Under the pieces are notes generated by a model, which was not told the origin of the DNA, searched no databases, and worked only from the letters and a program-made list of their open reading frames with translations. Made by a program: the position numbers and the translations under genes. Of a stretch of 64,000 nt of DNA, positions 60,221 through 64,000 are shown in pieces. This DNA is from Octopus sinensis (lineage: Eukaryota). The stretch covers positions 46,078,464-46,142,463 of the forward strand of contig NC_043011.1 of the NCBI RefSeq assembly GCF_006345805.1, given 5' to 3'. Numbering within the stretch: the stretch's first letter is position 1; each line of letters opens with the position of its first letter.

Positions 60221-60650
60221 AAAAAAAAAATAATAATGAAATTATTGTATACAGTGCTCAGGTGCACCCCAACTTGTCAAAAGTGCATATAAAGCATATG
60301 CAGTAATGTATAAATGTCTGGAAAGTGAACAATATATGAGTCAGATATATGCTTGTGTGTGTATGGAGGGAAGAAAATCAGGTGTAGTGTTGGCGAATCT
60401 CAGGAAGCATGGAAGTTTTGAAGGATGCAATGCTCTGACAACTAACAACTGATGCCGGCAGTTTGTTCCATACTTCAGCAACTCTTAGCATGAAAAAATT
60501 TTTCCGAAAGTCATGGGAGCTGTGCTGTTTTCTGACTTTGTAAACATGTCCACAGGTGTTAGACAGGTGGAGTTTGAAAAGGTGCTCAGAGTTATTGTTT
60601 GTAAGATGGTTAATAATTTTATGGGTGTCTGCCAAGGAACTTCTCAGCAC
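60221..60650 (-). mobile_element. CR1-clade LINE 3' end
   Basis: THKIINHL..LFKLHLSNTCGHVYKVRKQHSSHDFRKNFFMLRVAEVWNKLP; same 3' UTR as 13376-13723. Confidence 0.85.
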
Positions 60651-60900
60651 TCCCCTCATAAAAAAAAAAAAATGTTGAAAAAATATTTAAAATATCACAT
60701 CACCTAAGGTATGATGTTCACAGAAGAAAGCAATTAGTTGAATTAATACAAAACCAAAGACTAAATTATTACAATTTGAAGAAATATAAAAAGACTTATA
60801 GAAAGATTTTGTGATACAATAATCTATTTTTGAACTAATTGATAATTTGATGTAGGTAGTCCTACAACTAGGAAGGACTTTTAGTATAAATCAAGATATA

Positions 60901-61043
60901 CATCATCATCATCATCATCATTATTTAACATCTGCTTTCCATGCTAGCATGGGTTGGACGATTTGACTGAGGGCTGGCGAACCAGATGGATCCAATCTTG
61001 ATCTGGCAGAGTTTCTACTGCTGGATGCCCTTCCTAACGCCAA
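60901..61043 (-). mobile_element. Repeat C, 3' fragment
   Basis: CATCATC..TTTCCATGCTAGCATGGGTTGGAC..GGATGCCCTTCCTAACGCC. Confidence 0.85.
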
Positions 61044-61220
61044 TCAAAGTAAAATAACTACAGATATGTACCTGAGTAAACTAATAAGTTTGGTTTAGAT
61101 AATCTGAATGTAAGATAAATAAACATATGTATTTTACGTACTGCTGAGTCTAAGGGAAAGGACAAAAGTCTTTAGTACTAAGGAGCCTCTTGAAACCCGC
61201 TAGATTGCTAAGTTTTGGTT

Positions 61221-61822
61221 AGGCGGCAAGGTGGCAGAATCGTTAGCATGCCGGGCGAAATGCTCAGCGGTATTTCGTCTGCCGCTATGTTCTGAGTTCA
61301 AATTCCGCCGAGGTCGACTTTGCCTTTCATCCTTTGAGGGTCGATTAAATGAGTACCAGTTACGCACTGGGGTCAATGTAATCGACTTAATACCTATGTC
61401 TGTCCTTGTTTGTCCCCTCTATGTTTAGCCCCTTGTGGGTAATAAAGAAATAGGTATTTTGTCTGCCGCTACATTCTGAGTTCAAATTCCGCCGAGGACG
61501 ATTTTGCCTTTCATCCTTTCGGGGTCAATTAAATAAGTACCAGTTGCACACTGAGGTCGATATAATCGACTTAATCCATTTGTCTGTCATTGTTTGTCCC
61601 CTCTGTGTTTAGCCCCTTGTGGGTAATAAAGAAATAGGTATTTTGTCTGCCGCTACATTCTGAGTTCAAATTCCGCCGAGGACGATTTTGCCTTTCATCC
61701 TTTCGGGGTCAATTAAATAAGTACCAGTTGCACACTGAGGTCGATATAATCGACTTAATCCATTTGTCTGTCATTGTTTGTCCCCTCTGTGTTTAGCCCC
61801 TTGTGGGTAGTAAAGAAACAGG
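61221..61822 (+). mobile_element. SINE-B1 head-to-tail trimer, 184-bp period
   Basis: GGTATTT(C/T)GTCTGCCG at 61269, 61453 and 61637; units 2 and 3 essentially identical. Confidence 0.95.
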
Positions 61823-62342
61823 TTAATGGTTAAATTGCATCTATGAGCATTGATGTTTGGTAAAGATATGTATGTTATAGAATGTTCTGGTTGGATGCAC
61901 TTGGAAAGATGGATAGGGAAAATGTTGTAGAGGATTACCAAGTTATTAAGTTGCAGTTCATTGCTAAAATATAAGATGTAGGTGTGAATTGTGTATATTT
62001 AACTGTGGAGTAAACAAGTTTAAAGAAGTAAAGGCTGTTGTAAGACAAAGTACATTAAAGATTAGAAATTGTTGCTAAATAACTAGATTAATCTTTCTGA
62101 AGGAGAAGGATATTTAGTCAACCAAGTATTACATACTTAAGTTTACATTTGTTAGTGTGGAGTGCACTGTAATAGCTGCAGCTTGTTTCATCCTGTTTAC
62201 TAATCACCCTGATTTAGTTAGTCAAGAAGTTTGCTGATTAACAGATTAAGATGGATATAACCAAACGTGTTGGGGTGGGGAGCACCACCGATGCTGCTGA
62301 TACATGCAGCAGCCGTAATAGTAATAATATTTTCTAACGTTG

Positions 62343-62540
62343 ATTCTAAATTTTGGCACAAGGCCAGCAACTTCAGGGAAGAGGTTAAGTTGGTTACATC
62401 AACCCCAGTACTCAACAGGTACTTATTTTATCAAACCTGAAAAGGATGAAAGACAAAGTTGACCTCAGCTGAATTTGAACTCAGAACACAAAGACAGATG
62501 AAACTCCACTAAGCGTTTTGGATTCTGCCAGCTTGCCACC
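62343..62540 (-). mobile_element. SINE-B2
   Basis: AAATTTTGGCACAAGGCCAGC..AAAGTTGACCTCAGCTGAATTTGAACTC. Confidence 0.85.
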
Positions 62541-62596
62541 TTATAATATTAACAGCCATAATTGAATGAAAATGTGTGTAATTTGATAGATATAGT

Positions 62597-62999
62597 CTTT
62601 TACTCTTTTACTTGTTTCAGTCATTTGACTGTGGCCATGTTGGAGCACCGCCTTTAGTCGAGCAAATCGACCCCAGGACTTATTTTTGTAAACCCAGTAC
62701 TTATTCTATTGGTCTCTTTTGCCGAACTGCTAAGTTATGGGGACATAAACACACCAGAATCAGTTGTCAAGCAATGTTGGGGGGACAAACACAGACACAC
62801 AAACATACATACACACACACACGTCTATATATACATATATACAACGGGCTTCTTTCAGTTTCCATCTACCAAATCCACTCACAAGGCTTTGGTCAACCTG
62901 AGGCTACAGTAGAAGACACTTGCCCAAGGTGCCATGCAGTGGGACTGAACCCAGAACCATGTGGTTCGTAAGCAAGCTACTTACCACACAGCCACTCCT
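62597..62999 (-). mobile_element. SINE-A, full length
   Basis: CTTTTACTCTTTTACTTGTTTCAGTC...CACACAGCCACTCCT. Confidence 0.93.
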
Positions 63000-63004
63000 A
63001 CGCC

Positions 63005-63180
63005 TATCTCAATTCCCTCTGATCAAAACATAGAGGTGGAGAAACTATGAGCTAGAAAATTATAATTGAAATCTAGGGATGTGGGGTATGAAAATAGAAC
63101 AGTGCCAGTAATAATAGGGGCAAAGGCTCTAGGTATGAAAACATAGGACTGAATATGAAAAAATAGACAGGAAAAACAAT
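63005..63180 (+). pseudogene. R4/NeSL-like RLE C-terminal remnant
   Basis: SIPSDQNIEVEKL ... RTVPVIIGA(KA)LG, frameshifted. Confidence 0.5.
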
Positions 63181-64000
63181 AGTATAAAATAAATGAAATG
63201 TTTCATCAATGGAATATCCTCATGGGATCAAACAGGGAACTCCATGGATTCAGAATGATCCTTTTTACTGAGGCCATGTATCTTCTCTTAGATGTGTTCT
63301 CCATCTTATTGGTGTACTTTGAGAGTAGACCCATTCACTTATGGCATTCTCATAGCTCCCCGTAGAAGGAGATAAGATCTCTCTTTTCATCATAACTTGC
63401 CTCTTTAAGACAAATTGATAAGGGCTTGACTAAAGAAGGAAATGCTGCTCCTTGGTCCTTATAAATCTGTCTAACATAGAACCTTTTCTATTATAGCCAA
63501 CAGATAGAGGAAGACCGCTTGCCCTTATGTCCAAAGGAAGGTGACAGGTCAAGTTTTATGATAGACTTGGTGTTAATAATGATAATAATAGACAGGAGCA
63601 ATGCCAAATCAAAGATAATTACAAAACCAAAATAAATGGGAAATAAAAATAACATCAAGTCTAGACTATGCAATTGTTATAAAGAGATGACTGACCACAT
63701 CATTTATGACTGTCCAGTAATTTCCAAGTGTGAGTATTTTTGGATTCATGACTGATTCAGTAGCTATGTCCATCAGGCAAAAGTTTCGCATCGGGGGAAG
63801 GGCACAATCCTCTTATGAGAAAAACTAGCTTCTGATGACTGAAAGGGGTTCGAGAAATTGGTATGTTTAATAAAATCACAATGTTTTCCAACTGTTTAAA
63901 CTTGTCAAAACTACCTTTTGATCTTTACACATTTTTTTTGCCTTGAAGGGCTTAGTTGAACAAATTGACCCCAGCATTTATTTATTGTTTTTTTAAAGCC

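Noticed and set aside
798-63673. Most ORFs in the supplied track ([12 protein letters not shown]-rich, poly-K/E/F/L/D)
   Set aside because: They are translations of microsatellites or SINE sequence, with no coding signal.

Overview
AT-rich eukaryotic DNA, almost certainly from an octopus (Octopus sp.), judged from its SINE families and very dense (TA)n/(CA)n/(TATC)n microsatellites. It looks intronic or intergenic. There is no intact gene, RNA gene or CRISPR array, and most ORFs in the supplied track are microsatellite artefacts. The window is a nested patchwork of mobile elements. My working labels are: tRNA-head SINEs A, B1/B2, D, J, K, L and M; repeat C, an RTE-like 3' tail; 5'-truncated LINE remnants (CR1, RTE, HERO-like, R4/Dong-like); DNA-transposon remnants (mariner, maT/DD37D-like, pogo/Tigger, hAT); MITEs with TTAA, TA or 8-bp TSDs; a Helitron; and a Helentron-type HINE. 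The most notable signals are five. (1) Two fold-back elements 1 kb apart (23507-23737 and 24661-24829) whose arms each carry a minimal type-I hammerhead ribozyme motif of the Penelope-like-element kind; both families share the palindromic stem III ACUCAGAGU and one copy has a near-intact core. (2) A minus-strand recursive-splicing/RS-exon architecture at 16434-16517. (3) Independent 184-bp head-to-tail SINE multimers with the same junction. (4) A complete reciprocal 2x2 set of chimeric SINEs that all switch modules at a CCTG motif. (5) Further fold-backs, a local duplication and new minisatellites. A few short candidate exons occur on both strands, but none can be assigned to a known protein.
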